Positions 38,810 through 48,027 of a stretch of DNA of 64,000 nucleotides are shown here, in pieces; positions within the stretch are counted from its first letter, which is position 1; each line of letters starts with the position of its first letter. The stretch is taken from positions 43,349 through 107,348 of the forward strand of contig JAHDDH010000002.1 of the NCBI GenBank assembly GCA_020629455.1. The letters run 5' to 3'. The translations under genes were made by a program, and so were the position numbers. The notes below the pieces were generated by a model. The model saw only the letters and a program-made list of their open reading frames with translations, was not told the DNA's origin and made no database searches. Source of the stretch: Cytophagales bacterium (GTDB taxonomy: Bacteria > Bacteroidota > Bacteroidia > Cytophagales > Amoebophilaceae).

Positions 38810-39766
38810 ATGTCAACGGAAAAAATAATAAAATTAATACCGAAAATAAAACAAGGAACTGTTGTGAAAACAGCAGGAAAAGAATATGATATCATCACAG
38901 CTACAAATGAGCGATACCATGCTTTCCTTCCAGGAAAATGGCGTTTAAAACAGGACAAAGTCATGCATCCAATCACAATAGGTGATCAAGTATTGTTTCA
39001 TATACTAAAAGAAGGAACAGGAGTAATTCAAAAAATATTGCCTAGAAAAAATATCATCAGCCGACAAGCAAATCATGCACCACATACCTCGCAATTATTA
39101 GCGGCCAATATAGACCAAGCATTTTTGGTAGTATCTTATCTTTATCCACATACCCGTGTAGAATTTATCGATAGGATATTGGCTTATACACATTATTGGA
39201 ATATCCATACGATCATTATTTTTAATAAAACAGATTTACTTACAGCCAAAGAGGATCAAAAAATGAAATCCATTATTAAAATTTATCAAAATTTAGGCTA
39301 TCCTACAATTGCCATGCATATCTTCGATCAAAAAAAATGGACACTTTTAGAAAAAAAATCAGAAAATAAAATCACCTTACTCATTGGGCATTCTGGTGTA
39401 GGAAAGTCTAGTATCATCAATGCTATAGCGCCTACATACAAACGTGCAACCAATCACTTAAACAAAAAATTTCATACAGGCAAACATACCACAACACATG
39501 CCGCTATGCTCAAAATCAAAAAAAATAGTTTCCTCATAGACGCCCCAGGTATTAAAAATTTTATACTCCCTACCATTCCAAATTACAGTGATTATTTTTT
39601 AGAAATTAAGCAGTACAGCCTTGATTGCTTTTATAAAAACTGTCAACATAAACAAGAGCCAAAATGTGCGGTACGCAAAGCTGTACAAAACAAAACAATT
39701 GCCTACACAAGATATCAAAGCTATTGCCATATATTGGCCGAAAAAAAAGAAAGCTTACAGTTCTAA
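38810..39766 (+). CDS. rsgA: ribosome small-subunit-dependent GTPase A
   Basis: 318 aa. N-terminal OB region, circularly permuted GTPase (NKTDL before GHSGVGKSS) and a C-terminal Cys/His zinc knuckle (CFYKNCQHKQEPKC). Confidence 0.9.
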   Translation: MSTEKIIKLIPKIKQGTVVKTAGKEYDIITATNERYHAFLPGKWRLKQDKVMHPITIGDQVLFHILKEGTGVIQKILPRKNIISRQANHAPHTSQLLAANIDQAFLVVSYLYPHTRVEFIDRILAYTHYWNIHTIIIFNKTDLLTAKEDQKMKSIIKIYQNLGYPTIAMHIFDQKKWTLLEKKSENKITLLIGHSGVGKSSIINAIAPTYKRATNHLNKKFHTGKHTTTHAAMLKIKKNSFLIDAPGIKNFILPTIPNYSDYFLEIKQYSLDCFYKNCQHKQEPKCAVRKAVQNKTIAYTRYQSYCHILAEKKESLQF

Positions 39767-39884
39767 TAGTTAATGATATAAACCATAAGAAACCACAATG
39801 AAAGTTTTAGTATCTTTTTTAAGATTCATCCACATCCTCTAACAAAGATACTCACCATCACTCACTCATTTTAAAATTTACATC

Positions 39885-42800
39885 ATGCTTTATCCAACAG
39901 ACAACGCATGTCATTTGACAAAAATATCATCATCTATTTTACAATTTTGGAAAAAAGAAAAAATTTTTTTCAAAACACTAGACAAAAACAAAAAAAAAAC
40001 GCCATTTGTATTCTTTGAAGGACCTCCTTCAGCCAATGGTGCACCGGGTATACACCATATGCTCTCCAGAACAATTAAAGATATTTTCTGTAGATACAAA
40101 ACCATGCAAGGATATTATGTACAACGAAAAGCAGGATGGGATACACATGGTTTGCCTGTAGAGCTACAAGTAGAAAAAAAATTAGGTATCAAAAAAGAAG
40201 ACATTGGAAAAAAAATAAGCATAGTAGATTATAACAAACATTGCCGCCAAATGGTATTACAATACCAAAAACAATGGAATGATTTAACAGAAAAAATTGG
40301 CTATTGGATTGATCTAAAAAATGCTTACATGACTTGTGACCATAGCTATATTTCCTCTGTGTGGCATTTGATTGAACAACTGTACAAAAAAAAATGGCTT
40401 TACAAAGGATATACCATACAACCTTATTCTCCTGCTGCAGGCAGTGGTTTAAGTGCTCATGAATTAAATCAACCAGGCTGTTATCAATCAGTACAAGATA
40501 CCGCCATAGTAGCACAATTTAAAATCAAAGGAACAACGCACGATTATTTCTTAGCTTGGACTACCACTCCTTGGACTTTACCTGCCAACAGTGCCTTGGC
40601 AGTAGGAAAAAATATTACATATGTAAAAATTAAAACATGGCATCCATATACACATCAGTTAGTCCATGTTATTTTAGCAGCAAAGGCTATACCAAGATAT
40701 TTCAACCCACAATGCCAAGTAGACACAACAACAAATTTCCCTCAAAAACCCACAGAAAAAGCATCAATGCCTTGGCAAATAGTAGCGCAATACACAGGTG
40801 CTACTTTGGCGAATGAATCCTATGAACAACTCATGCCCTATGTGCAACCAAAAAAACCTGCCTTTAAAATAATCTTGGATGATTTTGTAAGTACAGAAGA
40901 AGGTACTGGGATCGTACACATTGCCCCTACATTTGGCATGGATGACTATCGTGTAGCACAACAAAATGATATACCTTCCATTATGGTAACCAATGATTTA
41001 CAAGAAGAAGTCCCCATTGTAGATCGGCAAGGAAAGTTTGTACAAGAAATTACTGATTTTGCTGGAAGATATATCAAATCAGGTTATGAGCCTATAGAAG
41101 TTAGACAAAAAAGTACGTATCGATCTGTAGATATGGCCATTGCCATTAAACTTAAAAAAGAATGTAAAGCTTTTTTGATCGAAAAATATACCCACAATTA
41201 TCCCCATTGTTGGCGAACAGATCAACCAGTTTTATACTATCCTTTATCAGCTTGGTTTATCAAAACAACAGCTTGTAAAAAAAAATTGATCGACTGGAAC
41301 AAAAAAATCAACTGGCAACCAACTACTACAGGAACGGGAAGATTTGGAGAGTGGTTAAAAAATTTAGTGGATTGGAATTTAAGCAGAGATCGTTTTTGGG
41401 GAACCCCTTTGCCTATTTGGAGAACAAAAGACCAAAAAGAAGAAAAATGTATTGGTTCTTTACAAGCTTTACAAGCTGCTATCAAACAATCTGTAGATAA
41501 AGGCTTTATGCAATCACCTGCTGAAACAGTGATAAACCTACACAGACCTTTTATTGATGAAGTCATTTTGGTAAGTAATACTGGTCAAAAAATGTATAGA
41601 GAAAAAGATGTTGTAGATGTTTGGTTGGATGCAGGTGCTATGCCTTATGCACAGTGGGGGTATCCTGAACAAAATAAAAATATTTTGCAAGATCATTTCC
41701 CAGCAGATTTTATTGCAGAAGGGATAGATCAAACCAGAGGTTGGTTTTTCACTTTACATACACTGGCTGTCATGCTTTTTGATTGTATGGCTTTTAAAAA
41801 TGTAATCGCCCATGGGCTAGTATTGGATAAAGCAGGTAATAAAATGTCTAAAAGGCTAGGCAATACCATTGACCCTTATCAATTGTTGGATAAATATGGA
41901 CCAGATACTATTCGTTGGTATATGATTGACCATGCAAATCCTTGGGAAAATTTAAAATTTGATTGTCAGGGTGTAGAAGAGGTCAAAAAAAAATTCTTCG
42001 ATACTTTACATCATACCTATAATTTTTTTGCACTTTATGCCAATATTGATCAATTTCAAACAACTGAAAATATATATTTTCCTCAACAGGAAAGTGATTG
42101 CTGGATTCTTTCAAGATTACATACTACATTACAAAATGTACATACACATTATGAACAATATGCACCTACCCAGGTGACAAGAAGTATACAAAATTTTGTC
42201 ATCTATGATTTGAGTAATTGGTATGTAAGGATCAATCGAAAAAGATTTTGGAAAAGTGAAAATTCTCAAGATAAGATGGAAGCATACCACACTTTATACC
42301 TTTGTTTGTTATATGTTGCTAAAATGGCAGCGCCGATTGCACCATTTTACATGGAAAAACTATACCGAAATCTAACACATGCGTCAAAAGAACTTCCAAT
42401 ATCTGTACATTTATGTGCTTTTCCTACAATCGACTTTAAAGCCATTGACTTGTCTTTAGAAAAAAAAATGCATTGGGCAAAAACCATTGTGTCTTTGGTA
42501 CATTCGCTACGAAAAAAATATAAAATAAAAGTTCGACAACCGCTTGCAAAAATTTTAATCCCAATACAGGATCAAAATTTCAAAACACAATTAAAAACAG
42601 TAGAAAATATCATTTTAGCAGAAATAAATGTAAAGACTATTGCATATATAGAGGATGCTACACATGTTGTTAAAAAAAAAATCAAACCAAACTTTCCTCT
42701 TTTGGGAAAAAAATATGGTGCTAAGATGCCATGGATTACTGCCAGCATCAAAAATATGTCACAAACGGATATTCAACATTTGGAAAAACAACATACTTTT

Positions 42801-43220
42801 GATTTGATACTCCAAAAAGAAAAAATAACAATTACCTATGCAGAAGTTTGTATCACTTCTGAAGATATTCCGGGATGGTCTGTTGCAACAGAAGGAGATA
42901 TTACAGTAGCTTTAGATATCCAGGTGAATGAAATACTCAAAAAAGAAGGTTTGGCTAGAGAGTTAGTCAATCGTATACAGCATATTCGAAAAAAAAATCA
43001 GTTGGATATTCAAGACAAAATTTTCGTTCAAATTGGCAAAACACATACGTTGTTAGATGAAGTAATTGTTTCATTTAATGATTATATCTGTAGAGAAGTA
43101 CAAGCCAATGTGTTGCAAGTGGTAGATCATTGGCCACTGAATGATACCGAATGTATGTTGGAGATTGAGGATATAAAAGTGAAATATTGTTTAGGGGTAG
43201 AAAAATGTTGTAAAGCATAA
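39885..43220 (+). CDS. ileS: isoleucine--tRNA ligase, long type-2 form
   Basis: 1111 aa. HIGH-region PSANGAPGIHH, KMSKRLGN, an editing CP1 domain (TTTPWTLP) and the long C-terminal extension typical of Bacteroidota and eukaryote-like IleRS. Confidence 0.97.
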   Translation: MLYPTDNACHLTKISSSILQFWKKEKIFFKTLDKNKKKTPFVFFEGPPSANGAPGIHHMLSRTIKDIFCRYKTMQGYYVQRKAGWDTHGLPVELQVEKKLGIKKEDIGKKISIVDYNKHCRQMVLQYQKQWNDLTEKIGYWIDLKNAYMTCDHSYISSVWHLIEQLYKKKWLYKGYTIQPYSPAAGSGLSAHELNQPGCYQSVQDTAIVAQFKIKGTTHDYFLAWTTTPWTLPANSALAVGKNITYVKIKTWHPYTHQLVHVILAAKAIPRYFNPQCQVDTTTNFPQKPTEKASMPWQIVAQYTGATLANESYEQLMPYVQPKKPAFKIILDDFVSTEEGTGIVHIAPTFGMDDYRVAQQNDIPSIMVTNDLQEEVPIVDRQGKFVQEITDFAGRYIKSGYEPIEVRQKSTYRSVDMAIAIKLKKECKAFLIEKYTHNYPHCWRTDQPVLYYPLSAWFIKTTACKKKLIDWNKKINWQPTTTGTGRFGEWLKNLVDWNLSRDRFWGTPLPIWRTKDQKEEKCIGSLQALQAAIKQSVDKGFMQSPAETVINLHRPFIDEVILVSNTGQKMYREKDVVDVWLDAGAMPYAQWGYPEQNKNILQDHFPADFIAEGIDQTRGWFFTLHTLAVMLFDCMAFKNVIAHGLVLDKAGNKMSKRLGNTIDPYQLLDKYGPDTIRWYMIDHANPWENLKFDCQGVEEVKKKFFDTLHHTYNFFALYANIDQFQTTENIYFPQQESDCWILSRLHTTLQNVHTHYEQYAPTQVTRSIQNFVIYDLSNWYVRINRKRFWKSENSQDKMEAYHTLYLCLLYVAKMAAPIAPFYMEKLYRNLTHASKELPISVHLCAFPTIDFKAIDLSLEKKMHWAKTIVSLVHSLRKKYKIKVRQPLAKILIPIQDQNFKTQLKTVENIILAEINVKTIAYIEDATHVVKKKIKPNFPLLGKKYGAKMPWITASIKNMSQTDIQHLEKQHTFDLILQKEKITITYAEVCITSEDIPGWSVATEGDITVALDIQVNEILKKEGLARELVNRIQHIRKKNQLDIQDKIFVQIGKTHTLLDEVIVSFNDYICREVQANVLQVVDHWPLNDTECMLEIEDIKVKYCLGVEKCCKA

Positions 43221-43232
43221 AAACTTTACAAC
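43207..43232 (-). terminator. candidate hairpin terminator between convergent ileS and the lipoprotein gene
   Basis: GTTGTAAAG-CATAAAAA-CTTTACAAC, a 9-bp perfect stem that overlaps the ileS stop codon. A T tract (ATTTTTC) follows only on the minus strand, inside the ileS 3' end. Confidence 0.35.
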
Positions 43233-43259
43233 ATAATCAATATTCAATCGAAAAAATTA

Positions 43260-44081
43260 TTATTCCAATTTCTTCGGTCGTTCATAGTAGAATACAGACA
43301 TTGAAGAATTAGGTTTTCCTTTAACCATAGGCTTTCCTCTGGCATATTTATCTTGCGATTTATATTGATTCATTTCATCTTCAAGATTATCCTTTTTCAT
43401 CTTTTCAAACACTATATCTTTTTTCTTATGTAATTTTTCTGCAGTTTGATTATACACCATAATATCAGACCAACTGTCTAGGGTATCACGGAGAATATCA
43501 TCCTTATGAGTATCGAATTGTAAATTTATTGTACCAGGTATAATATGCTTAACACCACCTGCAACATATCTGACGTAGTGAACTTGTGCATTCTGTATAT
43601 CTGTATCAATTTTATTTAATTCGTCATAATATGGTTTTGGATCTGACTTTACCTTTTTGAAAAGCTTAGAAGCTGGGACATTATTATTAGTTGTAATAGT
43701 ACTGCTAAAATTTGAAGGTATTTTTTTCTTCACCCATTTACTTTCTTTATAAGAAGACTTTAGCCATTCATTAAATTCTTTATTTTGTTCTCTACTATCT
43801 CGATTAATATTATTTAAATTAATCGTTGGGGAAGTATAAACCCCAGAAGAAGGTCTTCCTAAATCAAAATTATAATTTCTATGGTCATTACTATTACTAT
43901 TAAATAATCCAGTGCCACTATTATTCCATATATCAGACCCCCCATCAAAACCTTTAATCGAAAACTGTGTATTACCCATTACCATTATTTTCTCTTTTTC
44001 ATCTTGTCTTACAATCTGACCATAATGCTTACAGGCTACAAAAAATATAATAGTGGTTACAAAAAAAAATTTTTTAAACAT
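43260..44081 (-). CDS. hypothetical lipoprotein (no recognisable family)
   Basis: 273 aa. Lipobox-like signal peptide MFKKFFFVTTIIFFVAC followed by an Asn/Ser/Lys-rich polar sequence. I recognise no catalytic motif. Confidence 0.6.
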   Translation of the reverse strand: MFKKFFFVTTIIFFVACKHYGQIVRQDEKEKIMVMGNTQFSIKGFDGGSDIWNNSGTGLFNSNSNDHRNYNFDLGRPSSGVYTSPTINLNNINRDSREQNKEFNEWLKSSYKESKWVKKKIPSNFSSTITTNNNVPASKLFKKVKSDPKPYYDELNKIDTDIQNAQVHYVRYVAGGVKHIIPGTINLQFDTHKDDILRDTLDSWSDIMVYNQTAEKLHKKKDIVFEKMKKDNLEDEMNQYKSQDKYARGKPMVKGKPNSSMSVFYYERPKKLE

Positions 44082-44372
44082 AATAGAAAATTTAGTATTA
44101 AATATATAGATAGTTTAAATTTAAATGAATTAATCTAAGATTAAAACGGACACTATAATAACAAATTTTTTAAAAAAGCTTATAAAAAAATTTCAGGCTT
44201 TTTTATAGTACAGGTAAGCCAAAACTTAATAAGAAAATAATCTTTATGAATTATTACATCATGCATAGTTCAAGAATAAAAACTAGACAAAGATCATTGA
44301 TTGGAGTAAAGTGTGTTTTTGATCTTTTTGAAAAAAATAAAATCAAAAATTATAGTGAGTCACTGAAAAAAA

Positions 44373-45371
44373 CTATTTGTGTAATAAAGAAAAAACTTGG
44401 TCTTTTAAATCAAGAACACCTTTTTGTGTTACAGAAGAAATACATACTATAGGACAGGATACCTTCTTTTTAAGATTATCTGATAAATCCTTTTGCTTTG
44501 CTTCATCTAACAAATCTATTTTGGTGAGCACTAAAATTCTTTTCTTTTGTAATAGCGTATCATCATAATGCTTTAGCTCAGACAACAAAATATGATATTG
44601 CTGCAAAATATTTTCTTCTTCTACCGAAATTAGAAATAACAAAAGGGTATTTTTTTCAATATGTCGTAAAAAACGAATACCCAAGCCCTTTCCCAAAGAT
44701 GCTTTTTGTATAAGACCCGGTATATCAGCCATCACAAAAGAATACTTTTCACGATAAGATACAATACCCAACTGAGGCGTAAGCGTAGTAAAAGGATAAG
44801 GAGCTATGGCAGGCTTTGCAGCAGATACTGTTGATAATAAAGTAGACTTACCTGCATTAGGAAAACCTACGAGCCCTACATCCGCTAATAATTTTAATTC
44901 AAAAATAAATAAAGCCTCCTGTCCTTGCTTACCAGATTGTGCAAACCTAGGCGTCTGTTTTTGAGGAGATTTAAAATGAACATTCCCTAATCCACCTCTC
45001 CCCCCTTTCATCAAAAGATACTGCTGTTGATCTTTTTCAATCGAAATAATATTTTTTTTTTCTTCTGTATGCACTACAGTGCCTAAAGGAACTTCTATAA
45101 TAATATCTTTTCCGTTTGTTCCTGTAGAACATTGTTTACCTCCAGGTTTTCCATTATCTGCTATGATATGTTTTTTGTATTTTAAATGTAGTAGAGTGGA
45201 CAGCTGCTGATTTCCTTTCAAAAAAATACTACCCCCATTACCTCCATTACCCCCATCAGGACCTCCCTTAGGAATAAATTTTTCTCTACGAAAATGCACA
45301 GCGCCAGCCCCTCCTTTTCCCGAACGAATGTAGACTTGGGTATAATCAATAAAATTGGATGAAGCAGACAT
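44373..45371 (-). CDS. obgE: GTPase Obg/CgtA
   Basis: 332 aa. Glycine-rich Obg fold (GKGGAGAVHFRREKF, GGPDGGNGGNGG), G1 GFPNAGKST and G4 TKIDL. Confidence 0.96.
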   Translation of the reverse strand: MSASSNFIDYTQVYIRSGKGGAGAVHFRREKFIPKGGPDGGNGGNGGSIFLKGNQQLSTLLHLKYKKHIIADNGKPGGKQCSTGTNGKDIIIEVPLGTVVHTEEKKNIISIEKDQQQYLLMKGGRGGLGNVHFKSPQKQTPRFAQSGKQGQEALFIFELKLLADVGLVGFPNAGKSTLLSTVSAAKPAIAPYPFTTLTPQLGIVSYREKYSFVMADIPGLIQKASLGKGLGIRFLRHIEKNTLLLFLISVEEENILQQYHILLSELKHYDDTLLQKKRILVLTKIDLLDEAKQKDLSDNLKKKVSCPIVCISSVTQKGVLDLKDQVFSLLHK

Positions 45372-45377
45372 AAAAAA

Positions 45378-45959
45378 TTATTGAGCTATGTCCATAGCAT
45401 TTTTAATCAGTTGAAAAACCGATGCTCTGTCATGATTTGCGTCAATTTTTTTTATTTTTTCACTATAAAAATTCAATATATCAGGTAAGTTTTCGTAGTA
45501 CGAATGGATTCTTGCTTTGACTTTCGCCTCATTCTGATCATCAGGTCTTTGATGTTTCAAGGAACGCTCTTTTAATCTTCTTTGAATTTCTTCTTCAGAC
45601 ACATCTAGTATAATCACAAAATCAATTTTTTCTTTTGCAACTTTCATTAATGTATCTAAAGCTTTTGCTTGTGCTATTGTACGTGGAAATCCATCGAATA
45701 AAAATCCATTTCTAAAGGGGATTCCTTGTATCGTTTTTTGTATAATTTCAATCACAAGCTGGTCATTTAGCAAATTTCCTTTTGCCATAGGCTCTTGTAT
45801 TTTTTTACCTAAATCTGTTTGATATTCCACATGTTTCCGAAATAAAATACCAGGAGATATATGTGTATAATCAAAATGATAAATCATATTCTCACTTTGT
45901 GTTCCTTTACCAGCACCAGGAGGACCGATCAATACGATATTGGTATTTTTTTTTGACAT
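45378..45959 (-). CDS. adk: adenylate kinase (short-lid type)
   Basis: 193 aa. P-loop GPPGAGKGTQ and GFLFDGFPRT. No Cys4 zinc lid. Confidence 0.95.
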   Translation of the reverse strand: MSKKNTNIVLIGPPGAGKGTQSENMIYHFDYTHISPGILFRKHVEYQTDLGKKIQEPMAKGNLLNDQLVIEIIQKTIQGIPFRNGFLFDGFPRTIAQAKALDTLMKVAKEKIDFVIILDVSEEEIQRRLKERSLKHQRPDDQNEAKVKARIHSYYENLPDILNFYSEKIKKIDANHDRASVFQLIKNAMDIAQ

Positions 45960-46057
45960 GTTTTAGAAATAGAAATATTTAATAATTTTGTAAAAATTTA
46001 ATTTTCACAAAAAATTGAAATGTATAAAATTATAAAATTTTTTACTCTCACTAACAA

Positions 46058-47236
46058 TTAAAGCAAGAGAGACAAAGGATTTTCAATCGTATTTTTGATG
46101 ATTTTCAACAGCTGAATCGAGGATTTTTCTTCCACAACTGCGCTATCATAGGCAAGTGCTATAAACATCATTGGTTGTATCATAATTGATTGATCAACAA
46201 CTACTAACTTCTCTACAATACGATACATCCCTATACTCAACGGCCGTGGTGCATAAACCTTAGGGGTAGCAAGCATCATATCTTCAACATGTGTAATAGT
46301 TAATAAACCACCTGTCATTTCTTCTAAAGACAATTGTTGTTTTGCTGCTTTTTCTGCTAAAATCAAACATTTTTTTTCAATCATATCCAAAGACATTTGA
46401 TGGGCTTTGGATAAAACTGGTGCTACATTGCCATATTTTGTAGAAAAATCTATACCAACAACACCATCCAAAATTTCTTTTTTTTGTGCAAAAAATTTTG
46501 GAAGAGACCATGTGTGTAAAGCAGTACAAACTGCTTTTACAAAAAAAGACAAAAAATGGACTTCCATTGTGTCTATATTTTTTTGCTGTTGTATTTTTTG
46601 ATATTGACTTTTGAGTGCCACTAAAGCAGACATATTTACTTCATCAAAAATCGTACATGTCATCATAGGCTTGTTGACAAGGTATTGTTGTATCCCATCT
46701 ATTGATTCTGTGTAATCATTAGGAATATCTTTTTCTAATTTGCTCGTGGCTACTGTATTTTTTTTGTATAAATCAGATGATGTAGTTGCCAAAACATCTT
46801 TTTTGGTAATCTTTCCTTTAGGGCCAGTACCCTGTATTTGGCTAGGATCTATTCCCTGTTCTGACAGTATTTTGCTAGCTACAGGAGAAAATAATGGCGG
46901 TATTTTTTCTTGAAATGTATTAATGGCCAATGATATATTTTTTTTCAAAGGCTTTTTTTGTGATAAAGAAGGCTCTTTTCCGACAGGTGTAATAGTACAT
47001 ATCGCATGGCCAATGGGTAAATCTGTAGATGCTTTTGCTAAAATTTGTAGTGTACCAGCAATTTCGGCATTAATTTCAAAAGTTGCTTTTTCTGATTCTA
47101 GTTCTGCAATAATTTCATCTTTTGCTACATAGTCTCCAGATTTTTTATGCCAAAAAGCAATAGTTACTTCTGTAATGGACTCCCCAACAGGAGGTACTTT
47201 CATGGTGATCATTGGTGCTTGTTGCGTGCTATTCAT
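46058..47236 (-). CDS. sucB: 2-oxoglutarate dehydrogenase E2-like protein (dihydrolipoyl succinyltransferase homologue) with degenerate catalytic motifs
   Basis: 392 aa. Lipoyl domain with the ELESEKAT lysine, and a peripheral subunit-binding domain (SPVASKILSEQGIDPSQIQGTGPKGKITKKDV). The catalytic domain reads AYDSAVVEE where E2 enzymes have SYDHRLIDG, and TITHVEDMML where they have TITNGGVFGS. Confidence 0.8.
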   Translation of the reverse strand: MNSTQQAPMITMKVPPVGESITEVTIAFWHKKSGDYVAKDEIIAELESEKATFEINAEIAGTLQILAKASTDLPIGHAICTITPVGKEPSLSQKKPLKKNISLAINTFQEKIPPLFSPVASKILSEQGIDPSQIQGTGPKGKITKKDVLATTSSDLYKKNTVATSKLEKDIPNDYTESIDGIQQYLVNKPMMTCTIFDEVNMSALVALKSQYQKIQQQKNIDTMEVHFLSFFVKAVCTALHTWSLPKFFAQKKEILDGVVGIDFSTKYGNVAPVLSKAHQMSLDMIEKKCLILAEKAAKQQLSLEEMTGGLLTITHVEDMMLATPKVYAPRPLSIGMYRIVEKLVVVDQSIMIQPMMFIALAYDSAVVEEKSSIQLLKIIKNTIENPLSLLL

Positions 47237-47297
47237 ATGATACTTTGTTCGAAATAGGATTTAAAAAGGCGATGATCAGAATCGCATGGCTAAAAAT

Positions 47298-48023
47298 TTA
47301 TGGATAAAGACAGTACAAAACACTGTATAAAACAGGCTGATGCAACATATAAATCCACAAGGAATATTGACCTAAATATTGCAAAGGCTTTGTAAAAGCA
47401 AACCATGCATGCGTAGTAAAAATAAAATCAGTTGTTTTTTTACTATAAATTTTTCCCAAAAAAATTCCAAGTAATATAAAACCAAAAGCAGGAATCAAAG
47501 GATAGTAATCAATCATAGGTCCTATAGCCATAGGATAATAGGGGAATAACCAAAAAAAATAAGGTGTTTGCAAAACCAGAGACTGTTGACCTAGAAAAAT
47601 ACCCAATATTACCGTCAAAAAACCAAAAAAAAATAAAAATTTTTGTGAAAAACGATAAAAAAAAAAAGACAGTAAAGAGCACAAAGCAATGCAATGTAGT
47701 ATGCCAAAATAAATTTTTCCTCCAAAATCAAAAAAAAATGTCACTAAAGTAATCACCATCCCAAACAAAAATATTTTGCTACTTCTTTTTATAATTTTAC
47801 GCCAAGTATTATATTTTTTTTTCTGATAATTCATAGACAACATTATCCCTGCCACTGTCAAAAATAGAGCACTGATGCCATAAGGAACCCAATGCCAAAA
47901 AGCATCATTTTTTATGACATTTTGATCAAACAAAAACTGTAAATCATACAAAAAATGAAATATTATCATTGCTATGATAGCTACTCCACGCACAACATCA
48001 ATGAAAGGATATCTTTTTTTCAT
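47298..48023 (-). CDS. DUF1624 / HGSNAT-like membrane acyltransferase-family protein
   Basis: 241 aa from the ATG at 48023; the track extension overlaps the sucA 3' end. RYPFIDVVRGVAIIAMIIFH, GILHCIAL and a C-terminal LGQYSLWIYMLHQP match my memory of PF07786. Confidence 0.65.
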   Translation of the reverse strand: MKKRYPFIDVVRGVAIIAMIIFHFLYDLQFLFDQNVIKNDAFWHWVPYGISALFLTVAGIMLSMNYQKKKYNTWRKIIKRSSKIFLFGMVITLVTFFFDFGGKIYFGILHCIALCSLLSFFFYRFSQKFLFFFGFLTVILGIFLGQQSLVLQTPYFFWLFPYYPMAIGPMIDYYPLIPAFGFILLGIFLGKIYSKKTTDFIFTTHAWFAFTKPLQYLGQYSLWIYMLHQPVLYSVLYCLYP

Positions 48024-48027
48024 AAAA

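Noticed and set aside
44246-44452. 68-aa plus-strand ORF in the spacer upstream of obg
   Set aside because: It overlaps the obg 3' end on the opposite strand, is Lys/Ile-rich as expected from AT-rich DNA, and has no motif.
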